Origin: Candidatus Latescibacterota bacterium
GTDB taxonomy: Bacteria; Latescibacterota; CBDEFO01
Direction of reading: 5' to 3'
Assembly (NCBI GenBank): GCA_965237525.1
Contig: CBDEFO010000007.1
Location: 768,001 to 832,000 of the forward strand
DNA length: 64,000 nt
Of the stretch, positions 51,027-60,618 are shown piece after piece; the first letter of the stretch is position 1; every line of letters begins with the position of its first letter. The translations under genes and the position numbers were made by a program. Under the pieces are notes generated by a model, which was given only the letters and a program-made list of their open reading frames with translations, was not told the origin of the DNA and did not search any database.

Positions 51027-51569
51027 TCAGTTACCTTCAGACTTTCGAGAACGCATGGTCACCTCTTTCATAGTCCAATCCTGCAAATCTGAATCGGACT
51101 TGAAGCCTCTGCCCTCTTCAACACCGTTCTTCGCAGATATTCTCACCCATTCATCTCCGTATATCTTCCCCTCCTTAGCGTTCCACCTTAACTCCTCGGT
51201 CTCCAGCTTAGACTCCTTATCAGAGGATATCACAACCACATTGCCCATCACCTTCACATTCTTCGTGTTCTCATTTACATATCCCATCTGAGCCGTCAAA
51301 GTAGAAGAACGATTCCCCTCTTTATCGCAGAAGTCTATCTGAATCCCCTCGTCTATCTCTAATTCCTTCTTTTCCTGGTACTTTTTAGTATGTCCGGCCT
51401 TTACGATAGCCTTTAACACTCCCAGATCTGACAGAATGATCTGGGAATCCCACGACTCGGAAGTTGGGACTTTTCCAGGTTCACCCTCGTATCCTCCCCG
51501 ATCTGCATTTTCACATGCTATGTTAAGCAACACAATACATATAATTGTCAGACAATATCTTATAATCAT
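51027..51569 (-). CDS. lptC: LPS export periplasmic protein LptC
   Basis: STLTA..G, GNVVV, LETEELRW and G.GF.SD motifs; operon context. Confidence 0.88.
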   Translation of the reverse strand: MIIRYCLTIICIVLLNIACENADRGGYEGEPGKVPTSESWDSQIILSDLGVLKAIVKAGHTKKYQEKKELEIDEGIQIDFCDKEGNRSSTLTAQMGYVNENTKNVKVMGNVVVISSDKESKLETEELRWNAKEGKIYGDEWVRISAKNGVEEGRGFKSDSDLQDWTMKEVTMRSRKSEGN

Positions 51570-51652
51570 ATTTATCCACTACAAGATCGCCATATTCAGG
51601 CAGTATCATCTCTTTTTACACAGATGCTCGTGGTCAGAGTCGAAAGTCCAGA

Positions 51653-52534
51653 TTATGAAGCGTTAAAAGCAAACTTTCTCACAGCCCGGGCAAAACCGTC
51701 TTCGTCATAGGGCGGAGCCATGCGCACATTTGTCCCTCCCACAGCCCTTTTAACCTCATCGGCAGCGTTCTCCATCAAAATGCCCATTCCCGCAGACAGT
51801 ATCATAGGAAGATCGTTGTCCCCGTCCCCTATTGCCATCGCATCTTTCATCGAAAACCCGTTCCTTTGACATATGCTCTCCACTGCCGCTTTTTTGCTCA
51901 CATCTGGATGCATAAGCTCCACTCTGTCTGTGTGCGTCTTGGCAATATAGAGTGAATCCTGGTACCTATCTTCAAGCTCTTCAAAAACTTTATCTCGATT
52001 CTTTTCCCCCGGAAGCACCATCATTTTGGGAGGAGGCCCTAGTTTTTTATTCATTATCCTATTTATAAGACCCTTGTCAAACTCGTACGTTGCCCCTGTC
52101 TGGATCTCGAGTATTCTCGTAGATTGGGAAGGACGAACGGCTATGAGTTTTTCATCCATCCGGCCGTTTCCGTCCATCTCAAACTGATAATAGACAAGAT
52201 CATAGCCATTGTCTCGGACATAATCTGTAAGATCGAGCATCTTATCTTCCGGCATCCTCTGCACGTGAATCAACTCCCTTGAGTTCCTCTCCACAGGTTC
52301 CAGGACGACAGCCCCGTTGTAGGAGACCATATATATTCTCTCAAACAATTGAGGCTTATCGTGGAAAGGACTGCTGCTCCTGTCCACATTTCTCCCGCTC
52401 ACAGAAGCTATCAGAATACCTCTTTGGAGAGCTTCCTCTAAAACTTTTATTCCATCTTCGGAGAATCCCCTGTCCACTGCTAAAGCAGTATCGTCCAGAT
52501 CAAAAGCGATTAACTTAGCCAATTTTCCTCCCAA
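51653..52534 (-). CDS. Cof-type HAD-IIB phosphatase
   Basis: FDLDDT, SGR, NGA, VSK and AIGDGDND..M motifs. Confidence 0.9.
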   Translation of the reverse strand: MGGKLAKLIAFDLDDTALAVDRGFSEDGIKVLEEALQRGILIASVSGRNVDRSSSPFHDKPQLFERIYMVSYNGAVVLEPVERNSRELIHVQRMPEDKMLDLTDYVRDNGYDLVYYQFEMDGNGRMDEKLIAVRPSQSTRILEIQTGATYEFDKGLINRIMNKKLGPPPKMMVLPGEKNRDKVFEELEDRYQDSLYIAKTHTDRVELMHPDVSKKAAVESICQRNGFSMKDAMAIGDGDNDLPMILSAGMGILMENAADEVKRAVGGTNVRMAPPYDEDGFARAVRKFAFNAS

Positions 52535-52561
52535 AAGTTTACCGAATTTAATTCACAATAA

Positions 52562-53123
52562 TCACGCACTGTCGTCCAGAATCTTTCCCAGACTTCCACC
52601 TGGATGGCACTCGTGGAAATCCTGATTTGTGAATTCCTTGGCGTCATTTAAAGACATCGCAAGGCTATCTTCAAGGACGTGGTGACATGCTGTGCTTGGA
52701 GTAGGAGTCAACTCAAAAGATATCGCCTCTTTCTGCGCTGGACAGGCAGAAGCACATTGCTCAATTTCGCAAGATCAGATTTGTCATCCTTAGTAATCCC
52801 TACAACGTAATCCCTACATCATAAGCTCATTTATGCTTGATCGTCCTGATGCCATCCAAGAGTTCCCTTTTGGCATCACCCTGAAAGATAGCTGTAACCA
52901 CATCCCCTTCGATGACTTGACCGCTCTCACCGTGATTTACGTCAATGGGGTCGAGAAAATAGGCGGGAGTTCCCACACTCTGCAACGCATGGGCGATCTT
53001 CTCGGTTAAAAGCCTCGGTTTACGCAAAACCGTCACGTAAATACGACCTCCCTTACTCTGAACGTTTCTTATCAACCCCATAGCTTCGCGATTATAATCC
53101 CCCCATTCCTAAATAGAGAGCCT
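52562..53123 (-). pseudogene. Decayed SIS-domain KdsD/KpsF (arabinose-5-phosphate isomerase-like), formerly fused to the upstream PfkB kinase
   Basis: SVGTPAYFL..HG.SG, then in other frames VGIT..SDLAK and TPTPST..HPGGSLG; contains stops, frameshifts and a GTAATCCCTACA duplication. Confidence 0.75.
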
Positions 53124-53127
53124 CTAA

Positions 53128-54646
53128 AAGCCTTGTGAAAAACCCTTAGATTCAGAAAATAGTATAAAACAAGCATTGATAAAGCAGCTCCGATGTATTA
53201 TATTATGTTATTGATAATATTATACATGGAGGAAACAATGACCCCACAAAAGCAGGAACAGACAAATCCGATGTTTCACTATTTTCAGATGGAGGATTTA
53301 GTTCCCGAGGATCATATCCTTCGCCAGATTGATGAGGCAGTTGATTTTTCATTTGTACGAGACGTTGTATCAGATTGTTATTGCCCTGACAATGGCAGAC
53401 CCGGTATTGATCCTGAATTAGTTGTTCGAATGATCCTTATTGGCTATCTGTATAATTTGAGTGAGAATCGGCTCTGTCAGGAAGTGGGGATGCATGCGGC
53501 ATATCGGTTGTTTTGTCATCAGACATTTGATGATGCGGTTCCGGATAGGAGCACGATCAACAAGCTTCGCAATCACAAGTGGGCATCCAGTGGGTTGTTT
53601 GAACGGATAATGCGTCAGGTAGTCCAGTGTTGCATAGATGTCGGTCTTGTGAGCGGTAAACACCTTAGTGTCGACGGCACTCAGATACAAGCTGATGCTT
53701 CAGTGAAAAGTATTGAGCCGATAGAACCCCCTGTTTCTCTTGATGATTATCTCAAGGGAATCGGTTTTGAAGGTGATAAGACAAAGGGTAGGTCCGGGCA
53801 TCCTCAGGATAAAGACTTTCATGGTGAAAAGTGGACGAACCAAACACACCGTTCGACTACAGACCCCGACGCGCGCTTATACAGCAAATCGAAGGGCAAA
53901 GGGGCTTTTCTCTCGTTTATGGGCCATGATCTGATCGACACAAAAAGCAGAGTAATCCTTGAGACTCAGGGCACGCAGGCGACAGGGACAGCAGAGCCCG
54001 AAAGTGCCCTTAAGATGGTAGATGACCTTGAAACATACACCATGCCCAAAGACATTCAGACACTTAGTGCCGATACCGGTTACGGTTCTGGTAATTTTAT
54101 CGCTGATGTACTTGACCGGGGAATCATACCCCATATTCCTCTGCGAGCCGATGAGAGGATTGAACCGATTCCTACATGGAAAAACAAGACAAATCCAGCA
54201 CATATTCAGGCCGAACGGGATAGAAAAGTGCGAGAGGCGAAAGCCAGAAATCATGCACGGTCTATCTCATTAACAGCTGACTACAAACTCTCCCGGAGAC
54301 TCCGTAAACGCAGTGAACATATCTTTGCTGAAGCCAGGCAACAACACGGTATGGGACGAGCCCGTTACAGAGGACCAGCCTCACTGAATGAACAGTTGAA
54401 TCTTGTTGCAACAGTACAGAATCTCAAGAGGCTTGTATCTTTCATAAGAAGGGGGAAAGCGTCTATGTGTGCCCTGTCTGTCAAAGACAGTGCATCCTGT
54501 TCTTCAAACAGCTCCTGTTCCTTGCTGACCAGAACTCTGATAAGACTATTTTGCTTATTCCACAGCAAAACGATACGATATGCTACTCTTTGACCCATAA
54601 TCGGCGCTTCAGACGCTGCCTGGGACATAACTATTTCACAAGGCTT
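53128..54646 (+). mobile_element. IS1182-type element, copy 2, complete (1519 bp)
   Basis: 13-bp IRs AAGCCTTGTGAAA/TTTCACAAGGCTT; CTAA target duplication at 53124-53127 and 54647-54650. Confidence 0.95.
53238..54593 (+). CDS. IS1182-family transposase
   Basis: Same motifs as copy 1 with only a few substitutions; RBS GGAGG before ATG 53238. Confidence 0.93.
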   Translation: MTPQKQEQTNPMFHYFQMEDLVPEDHILRQIDEAVDFSFVRDVVSDCYCPDNGRPGIDPELVVRMILIGYLYNLSENRLCQEVGMHAAYRLFCHQTFDDAVPDRSTINKLRNHKWASSGLFERIMRQVVQCCIDVGLVSGKHLSVDGTQIQADASVKSIEPIEPPVSLDDYLKGIGFEGDKTKGRSGHPQDKDFHGEKWTNQTHRSTTDPDARLYSKSKGKGAFLSFMGHDLIDTKSRVILETQGTQATGTAEPESALKMVDDLETYTMPKDIQTLSADTGYGSGNFIADVLDRGIIPHIPLRADERIEPIPTWKNKTNPAHIQAERDRKVREAKARNHARSISLTADYKLSRRLRKRSEHIFAEARQQHGMGRARYRGPASLNEQLNLVATVQNLKRLVSFIRRGKASMCALSVKDSASCSSNSSCSLLTRTLIRLFCLFHSKTIRYATL

Positions 54647-55735
54647 CTAATGGTCTATCTGGTTCCTTACAGTATCCAGGCCTACGTCAGTGTAATCGTT
54701 CACTCCTTCACTCTGGCCTATCAATATACCTTCAAGGGCATCTATCCTCTTTCCATCAAAGAGAGACGTTACATCTTTCAGACTCCCCCCCAAGACCGGA
54801 AAGGCCCCAGCCACAGTGCAGCACGCAGCCCCGCACGCATTTGCAAGCTTTCCTATATCCTCTAAAGACAAGCCGTAATATATCCCAGCGATCACGCCCC
54901 CCAAGAAAGCGTCTCCCGCTCCTGTCGTATCCCTCGCATCTACACTGTAGGACTTTACCCTCACTATAGAGCCCCCATCATAGAGAACGCTCCCTTCTGC
55001 GCCGTCCGTAACAGCTACTAACCTGGGGCTGTACTTCTGGAATATGTCCCTCGCCTTATCCTCAGATGTATCGCCTCCTACTATCTGGTCCGCAGCGGCC
55101 TTGGCAGGCTTGATAAGATCAGCCAGAGAAAGAGCTTTTTCAAACTCCTTTCTACTTCCCAAGCCAGCCAAATCCACAGCGAAGCTCGGGGGCACGTCCA
55201 CATCTAAAACCGTCGGAACATCACTTTCCTTCGCTATACTCAGCACAGCTACAACCGCATCTAATGGGAGTTGCGAGATCTCAGTTGTCACCATCCCGGC
55301 GTTCGCAATGCACTCCGAGAACTCCCTTTTTATGTCCTCAGATGTTGTGGTCCCCGTCAGAGCCGACGCCATATATATGGCCCTTTCCGCATGGGTCTCC
55401 ACGTTTATGATCGCAAAAGTGGACGATTTTCCCTCCTTAACCTTGACGTAACTCCTTTCGATCCCATGAACGTCCATAGTACCCCTTATGAACTTTCCGA
55501 ATCTATCGTCCCCCTGAAATCCAAAGAGACCCGTACGGACGCCCAAGAGCCTGGCCCATGCAAGATGATTCAGTACAACTCCCCCTGCGACCTCCTTTAC
55601 CATATTCCCTTCATCGTTAGGGAGGATATACGTCTTTTCATCTTTGCCCGCGATCCTGTTCACCCTGTAGATTACGTCCACCGCATTGCTCCCGATGCCC
55701 ATAATCAGTTTATGTCTATCTATCTTGATCTGCAT
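54647..55735 (-). CDS. PfkB-family carbohydrate kinase
   Basis: GGV..N..W..LG, VTDG.EGS and DTTGAGDAF motifs. Confidence 0.9.
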   Translation of the reverse strand: MQIKIDRHKLIMGIGSNAVDVIYRVNRIAGKDEKTYILPNDEGNMVKEVAGGVVLNHLAWARLLGVRTGLFGFQGDDRFGKFIRGTMDVHGIERSYVKVKEGKSSTFAIINVETHAERAIYMASALTGTTTSEDIKREFSECIANAGMVTTEISQLPLDAVVAVLSIAKESDVPTVLDVDVPPSFAVDLAGLGSRKEFEKALSLADLIKPAKAAADQIVGGDTSEDKARDIFQKYSPRLVAVTDGAEGSVLYDGGSIVRVKSYSVDARDTTGAGDAFLGGVIAGIYYGLSLEDIGKLANACGAACCTVAGAFPVLGGSLKDVTSLFDGKRIDALEGILIGQSEGVNDYTDVGLDTVRNQIDH

Positions 55736-55784
55736 TGTTAATGTCCCTAAACAATTAAATAGTAGCCCCCGACCCCCAATTGAA

Positions 55785-55806
55785 TCCCCGATAGACTCAA
55801 TCGGGA
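55785..55806. repeat. 23-bp palindrome family copy, one G short
   Basis: TCCCCGATAGACTCAATCGGGA. Confidence 0.7.
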
Positions 55807-56035
55807 TCAAGGGTTCAATCGTGGATAGACACCATGCAGACACTTCCCGACTCTTCCCTAGAGGTGTTGTCTACTCTTTTGGAAAGCACTTCACATATCC
55901 TTAAAGTAGCATAGTTCAGCTTGACTGTCAATATAAAGCGATAAAAAGGAGAGGGGTTCAGTTAAGAAACCCCTCAATCAGAAAATCTGAACTATCCGGC
56001 TCTTTATCCAGTTCGGTCACTTGATCTAAAACACG

Positions 56036-56797
56036 TTACTCATCTGTCCTGGGATGACCTACAATGGTCCATCCACCGTCAACTACCAGACTTGTCCCCG
56101 TAATAAACGAGGCGTCATCAGGAGCTAAGAATATCACAGCCTTAGCTATATCCTCAGGCTGCCCCATACGCTTCATTGGGGTCATCCGGGCCCAGTGGTC
56201 CATCTCCTCTTGATCAATCCCACTCCAGGCGGCAGTCAGAATAGCCCCCGGGAGCACTGCGTTCGCCCGGATCTGGGGTCCAAAATCCAGTGCCAAAGAG
56301 CGTGTGAGTCCTATGACACCGGCTTTTGCAGCATCGTACGCAGCATGCTTGTGAAAGGAGACAAGACTGTGAACAGATGCCGTGTTAACGACAGTTCCTC
56401 CGCCCGTCTTCAGCATCTGGGGGATTGCAAGCTTACATCCCATGTATACAGCCTTGAGACAGACGTCCAGGGTATGATCCCAATCCTCCTCAGAGATAGT
56501 CACCGCCGTCCCTCCGGAATGCCAGTAGACGTTGTTGTGCAAAACGTCTATCTTCCCATAACTATCCACAGCCGCTGCTATCATGTCTTCAACTCCCTTT
56601 GCAGTCCCCACATCGGCGTAACAGGAGACGCCCTTCCCCCCTTTCGATTCAATCATAGAAACCGTCTCTCTTGCGCCCTCCTCATCCACGTCTGCAATTA
56701 TGACCTTTGCTCCCTCCTCTGCCATCAAGAGAGCTGTCCCCCGCCCTATCCCCGACGCTCCCCCAGTAACAATCGCAACTTTATCTTGAAGTCTCAC
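56036..56797 (-). CDS. Short-chain dehydrogenase/reductase
   Basis: TGGASGIG, AYDAAK and FITG..LVVDGG motifs. Confidence 0.95.
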   Translation of the reverse strand: MRLQDKVAIVTGGASGIGRGTALLMAEEGAKVIIADVDEEGARETVSMIESKGGKGVSCYADVGTAKGVEDMIAAAVDSYGKIDVLHNNVYWHSGGTAVTISEEDWDHTLDVCLKAVYMGCKLAIPQMLKTGGGTVVNTASVHSLVSFHKHAAYDAAKAGVIGLTRSLALDFGPQIRANAVLPGAILTAAWSGIDQEEMDHWARMTPMKRMGQPEDIAKAVIFLAPDDASFITGTSLVVDGGWTIVGHPRTDE

Positions 56798-56872
56798 GGC
56801 TTAATTCCTTCTCCTACAAATAGATCTTGATATCTCCCACCATACACAACGGGGATTTTCAAAACCGCCGTC

Positions 56873-56953
56873 GAAATTGCTTCGGGGGATTTCATCTCTC
56901 TCGCCATGACTAAAGCTAAGCAATATCAATGCGAGCGACAGCGAAGCAATCTC
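56873..56953. repeat. Inverted pair of REP-like repeats
   Basis: GAAATTGCTTCG..TCGCCATGAC and TCAATGCGAGCGACAGCGAAGCAATCTC. Confidence 0.65.
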
Positions 56954-56955
56954 AA

Positions 56956-58818
56956 TCAGAGTTTTCCGAGCGAAACTATCCTCTTTTTTTCTATCTTCAA
57001 AAGATAGACGTTCTCGTTCTGATGGCTCTGGCTTCCGAATGAGATCCTCCCTGAAACCCCCTCAAAGTTCCTTACCTTTTGAAGAGTATTCTTCAAATTT
57101 TCCCTGGTCCTGTGACCTATAATTAGTTCTTTCAGCACCAGCGACATGGCGTCGTAGCCGAAAGCGGCTGCCGTTGAAGGCGACCTTCCAAATTTACGTC
57201 TGAACGACCTTATAAACCGATTGATCGCGGGTGATCCTAAATCTTCAAAATACCCGGATACGAATAGGGCTCCCTCCACGTAGTTTCCGCTCATTCTGAT
57301 TATGTCCTGAGAGTTCCACTGGCTTCCTCCCAAAAGTTGGGTCTCGATCCTCTTCAAAGCAATCTGAGGGGCTATCAATATCACATCATCAGAAGCGCCC
57401 GCTATCAGAACGCCGTCAATAGTCCCCACAGGTTGCAATTCCTTTTCCTCGGGGAGGTCCTCCTCAAAAGCGGGAGTGTCCACCATTGAGGTATCCGCTG
57501 CCAATAGTATATCCTGGAGCAAGAGCCCAGCGTTCCTTATCCTCTCCAATTGCTCTTTGAAATCCTTTGTTCCCGGAAAATACCTCTCCTCCTCCAGGAC
57601 TCTTCCCCCCAATTCCTCCACCCTCGATCTGAAACTTTTGGACATCTCCTGTCCGTACATGTCCATAGAGGCGATTAGGGCAAACGTCTCCAGGTTCAGT
57701 GTCCCCACAGCGTATTCGGCCATCCTCTTTCCTTGAACCTCTGGAGTTGAGTTGATCTGAAACACGTAAGGTCCAATTGAGGCTATCGGGCCCTCTGAAG
57801 CCGTAGGAGCGATCAGTGGAACCGATTCGGAGTTTGCCACCGCTGCTGCCCCTATAGTCGTAGAACTGTACAGAGGTCCGACTATAGCAAGGACTCTGTC
57901 CTTCTCTATCAACTTCTGGACCACCTTTACCGCAGTTATCGGATCGCTTCTTGAATCTTCAACTATTAATTGGATTGCCCCTCTACGGGGAAGCGAGGAG
58001 TGTTCCAAGGCTAACTTTGCCCCGTCTCTTAGATCCTCTCCGTAGATTCTTCCCTCGCCGGAAAGTGGACATATGACACCTATCTTATCCGATGGCCAGC
58101 TTGTACGATAGCTTACTTGCACTCCCACCTCTATCTCCTCCCTTAAAGCTATCGCCTCTTTCAAGAATAGACCGTCTGGGAAGTTCCTAATGTAGCTGTC
58201 CACCTTCTCAGCCGCCAGCTGAGAATAGCCCCACCTGAAAACCCATCTTGCTTCGCCTAAAAGAAGTCCTTCCTCTACAACTCCTGGATCGAACTTCTCT
58301 TTTATATCCTCGATTTCGGATTTAGACAGATTTTTCAATCCCACGACCGACAGACGCTCAGCTGCTTTCAACTTTAAGTCTGTCTCCTGTGTCCCCACTA
58401 GCACAAGCGCGTATTTGAACACAGCCTCGACGAACCTTCCCTGACGAAAATAAGAATCGCCTGCCGCAAAATCGGCGTCCCAGAGGTACCGGCTCGACGG
58501 GAACTCACTTTTCAATTCCTCGGCGACAGAGATCGCCAGTTCGTAGTCGCTCAGCTTGTAGAGCGTCTTGGCTAACATCAACTTTGCTGCGGATGACTTC
58601 TGATTGATGGGTAATTTCTCTAATACCTCCTGAAATTCGAGCCGCGCTCTTTGAAAGTGTCCCTTCACATACCTTTCTATTCCTCTTTGGAAGACGTCCT
58701 CAGCCTCCTGATCGAAAAGGCGCGTCTCTTTATCTTCCGATTCTCCGAAAGCCTCTGTGGCAAAATAGAGAACCACTGCAAATAATAGAAATATTCTATA
58801 TTCTCTGACAGGCATCAC
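56956..58818 (-). CDS. TPR plus type I periplasmic-binding-fold protein (LpoA-like PBP activator)
   Basis: Signal peptide, BamD-like TPRs, IGVICPLSG, AIVGPL.S, GYDA and FEGVSG.I.F motifs. Confidence 0.8.
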   Translation of the reverse strand: MMPVREYRIFLLFAVVLYFATEAFGESEDKETRLFDQEAEDVFQRGIERYVKGHFQRARLEFQEVLEKLPINQKSSAAKLMLAKTLYKLSDYELAISVAEELKSEFPSSRYLWDADFAAGDSYFRQGRFVEAVFKYALVLVGTQETDLKLKAAERLSVVGLKNLSKSEIEDIKEKFDPGVVEEGLLLGEARWVFRWGYSQLAAEKVDSYIRNFPDGLFLKEAIALREEIEVGVQVSYRTSWPSDKIGVICPLSGEGRIYGEDLRDGAKLALEHSSLPRRGAIQLIVEDSRSDPITAVKVVQKLIEKDRVLAIVGPLYSSTTIGAAAVANSESVPLIAPTASEGPIASIGPYVFQINSTPEVQGKRMAEYAVGTLNLETFALIASMDMYGQEMSKSFRSRVEELGGRVLEEERYFPGTKDFKEQLERIRNAGLLLQDILLAADTSMVDTPAFEEDLPEEKELQPVGTIDGVLIAGASDDVILIAPQIALKRIETQLLGGSQWNSQDIIRMSGNYVEGALFVSGYFEDLGSPAINRFIRSFRRKFGRSPSTAAAFGYDAMSLVLKELIIGHRTRENLKNTLQKVRNFEGVSGRISFGSQSHQNENVYLLKIEKKRIVSLGKL

Positions 58819-59291
58819 AGCTTAAAATTCCCAAAATCTTCAGGATTAATCCTCTGTACTCTGTCCTTCAGACTTTCCCCACTTTCCTCTATATCTTCTA
58901 TCTGGATGCCCTCAACTCGTTCTAGAAGCGCCCCGGCAACAAATATTGGAGCGTGAGTTTTTAAAGCCATAATTATGGAATCGCTTGGACGGGCATCCAC
59001 CTTTACGATCCTATTTTCCCTTTGAAGATAGAGTTGAGCGTAGTAGGTACTGTCTACAAGATTGGACACTTCCACCTTGATTACCGTTGCCTCTAAAGTG
59101 TCAAGCAACATCTCCAGCAGGTCGTGAGATAGGGGACGCTTGTACTTCTGATCCTGGACCTCCCCAGCTATAGCCCTTGCCTCCGCCTCACCTATCCATA
59201 TAGGAAGGACTCGATCCCCGCTCAACTCCTTCAACAAAACAATGTGTCCTGTCTGATCGATAAGAAGAGTGGCTATCTTTACCTCAACCAT
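58815..59291 (-). CDS. Bifunctional nuclease family protein (DUF151)
   Basis: LPIWIG..EA, RPLSHDL and DARPSD motifs. Confidence 0.93.
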   Translation of the reverse strand: MVEVKIATLLIDQTGHIVLLKELSGDRVLPIWIGEAEARAIAGEVQDQKYKRPLSHDLLEMLLDTLEATVIKVEVSNLVDSTYYAQLYLQRENRIVKVDARPSDSIIMALKTHAPIFVAGALLERVEGIQIEDIEESGESLKDRVQRINPEDFGNFKL

Positions 59292-59562
59292 TAGTACCTC
59301 CCGGAGTTAAACGCGACCGTGTACCAGAAATGAGACTATATATTCTGCCCGCCTTGGTTGCTTACCTCACCGTGAATATATCAATTTGAGCCGAGTTGGT
59401 CAAGGAAAATATTCTTCCCGCACTTGCATATGCCTAATCTCTCACCTGTTCCCCCCATTTTTTGGGATGATCTCTGCGAATTCGGTTGACTTTTTGTTCA
59501 AATTCATTAATCTTGGAATTATAGACACCGCTGATAACGTACAGCATATGGAGATATGGAGA

Positions 59563-60519
59563 ATGGCTAAATTTAAGATACTTCTGTTTGAGGAGATGAA
59601 CGAATCCGGAAAAAACTATCTTGTAGAAAACGGCGCTGAGATCGTCTGGTCGCCCGCCTGGGAATCTGGAGACGAAAGACTCCTTGAGGCCATACAGAAT
59701 ATCTCCGGCATAATATTCAGAGCCAAAGGGAGGGCTGATCGGTGGTTGATGGACCACGCTCCCAAACTCAAGGTCATAGCAAGACACGGTGTAGGTCTGG
59801 ATAACGTGGACGTAGAGGAGGCCACCAAAAAGGGAATAAGGGTCGTCTACACACCTCTTGCTAATGCCGAAGCCGTCGCAGAACACGCAGTTATGATGAT
59901 GGCTCTTATATCCAGAAGAATCCTCAAGCTGGATCGCGCCCTACGGCAGGGGGCATGGGAGGTAAGAAATACTCATACAGGCCCGGAGTTATGGGAAAAG
60001 ACCGTCGGAATAGTGGGATTCGGGAAGATCGGAAGGCGTGTTGGAGAAATATGCCGCAGATCCTACAATATGCAGATCCTCTACTACGACATAGTAGACT
60101 ATCCAGAGGAAGAAGAAAGACTCCAAGCCCGGAGGGTACCTGTTGAAGAACTCCTCGAACGGTCGGACTACGTATCCGTCAATGCACCCCTTACCGAGGA
60201 TACCTACCATCTTATAGGAGAGGAGGAGTTGCAAGTAATAAAAAAGGGTTCCTATCTGGTCAACACTTCACGGGGTGCCGTGATAGATGAGTCCGCGCTG
60301 GTGCGCGCCCTTGAAGATGGCAGAATAGCCGCCGCCGGCATAGATGTCTTTGAGGACGAACCGCCCACTCCTGATAACCCTCTCTTCAAGATAGACAACG
60401 CAGTGGTCACACCGCACATAGCTGGGCAGAGCAACGAATCTATGAAGAATATGTCTATGGTCGCTGTGGACATAATTAGAGTGCTCAACGACCAGGAACC
60501 TCAATTCCCAGCAAATTAA
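59563..60519 (+). CDS. D-2-hydroxyacid dehydrogenase (SerA-like)
   Basis: RHGVGLDNVD, VAEH, GFGKIG, NTSRG, DVFEDEP and TPHIAG motifs. Confidence 0.92.
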   Translation: MAKFKILLFEEMNESGKNYLVENGAEIVWSPAWESGDERLLEAIQNISGIIFRAKGRADRWLMDHAPKLKVIARHGVGLDNVDVEEATKKGIRVVYTPLANAEAVAEHAVMMMALISRRILKLDRALRQGAWEVRNTHTGPELWEKTVGIVGFGKIGRRVGEICRRSYNMQILYYDIVDYPEEEERLQARRVPVEELLERSDYVSVNAPLTEDTYHLIGEEELQVIKKGSYLVNTSRGAVIDESALVRALEDGRIAAAGIDVFEDEPPTPDNPLFKIDNAVVTPHIAGQSNESMKNMSMVAVDIIRVLNDQEPQFPAN

Positions 60520-60541
60520 GCAAGTAGGGAAGAGCCCCCGA

Positions 60542-60564
60542 TCCCCAATTGACGCTATTGGGGA
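60542..60564. repeat. Variant of the 23-bp palindrome
   Basis: TCCCCAATTGACGCTATTGGGGA, with a compensatory stem change. Confidence 0.6.
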
Positions 60565-60618
60565 CTCAATCACGGATAGAAAGAGGCACCTGCTCTCCGC
60601 CTGTAAGGTGTCTACTAA

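Noticed and set aside
52542..52559. CCGAATTTAATTCACAAT resembling the MITE TIR
   Set aside because: Single imperfect match with no partner end or CTAA flank
53109..54649. Two in-frame TAG codons at the PfkB-SIS junction as pyrrolysine or recoding
   Set aside because: The downstream SIS part also has frameshifts and lost motifs, and TAG terminates many intact genes in this window
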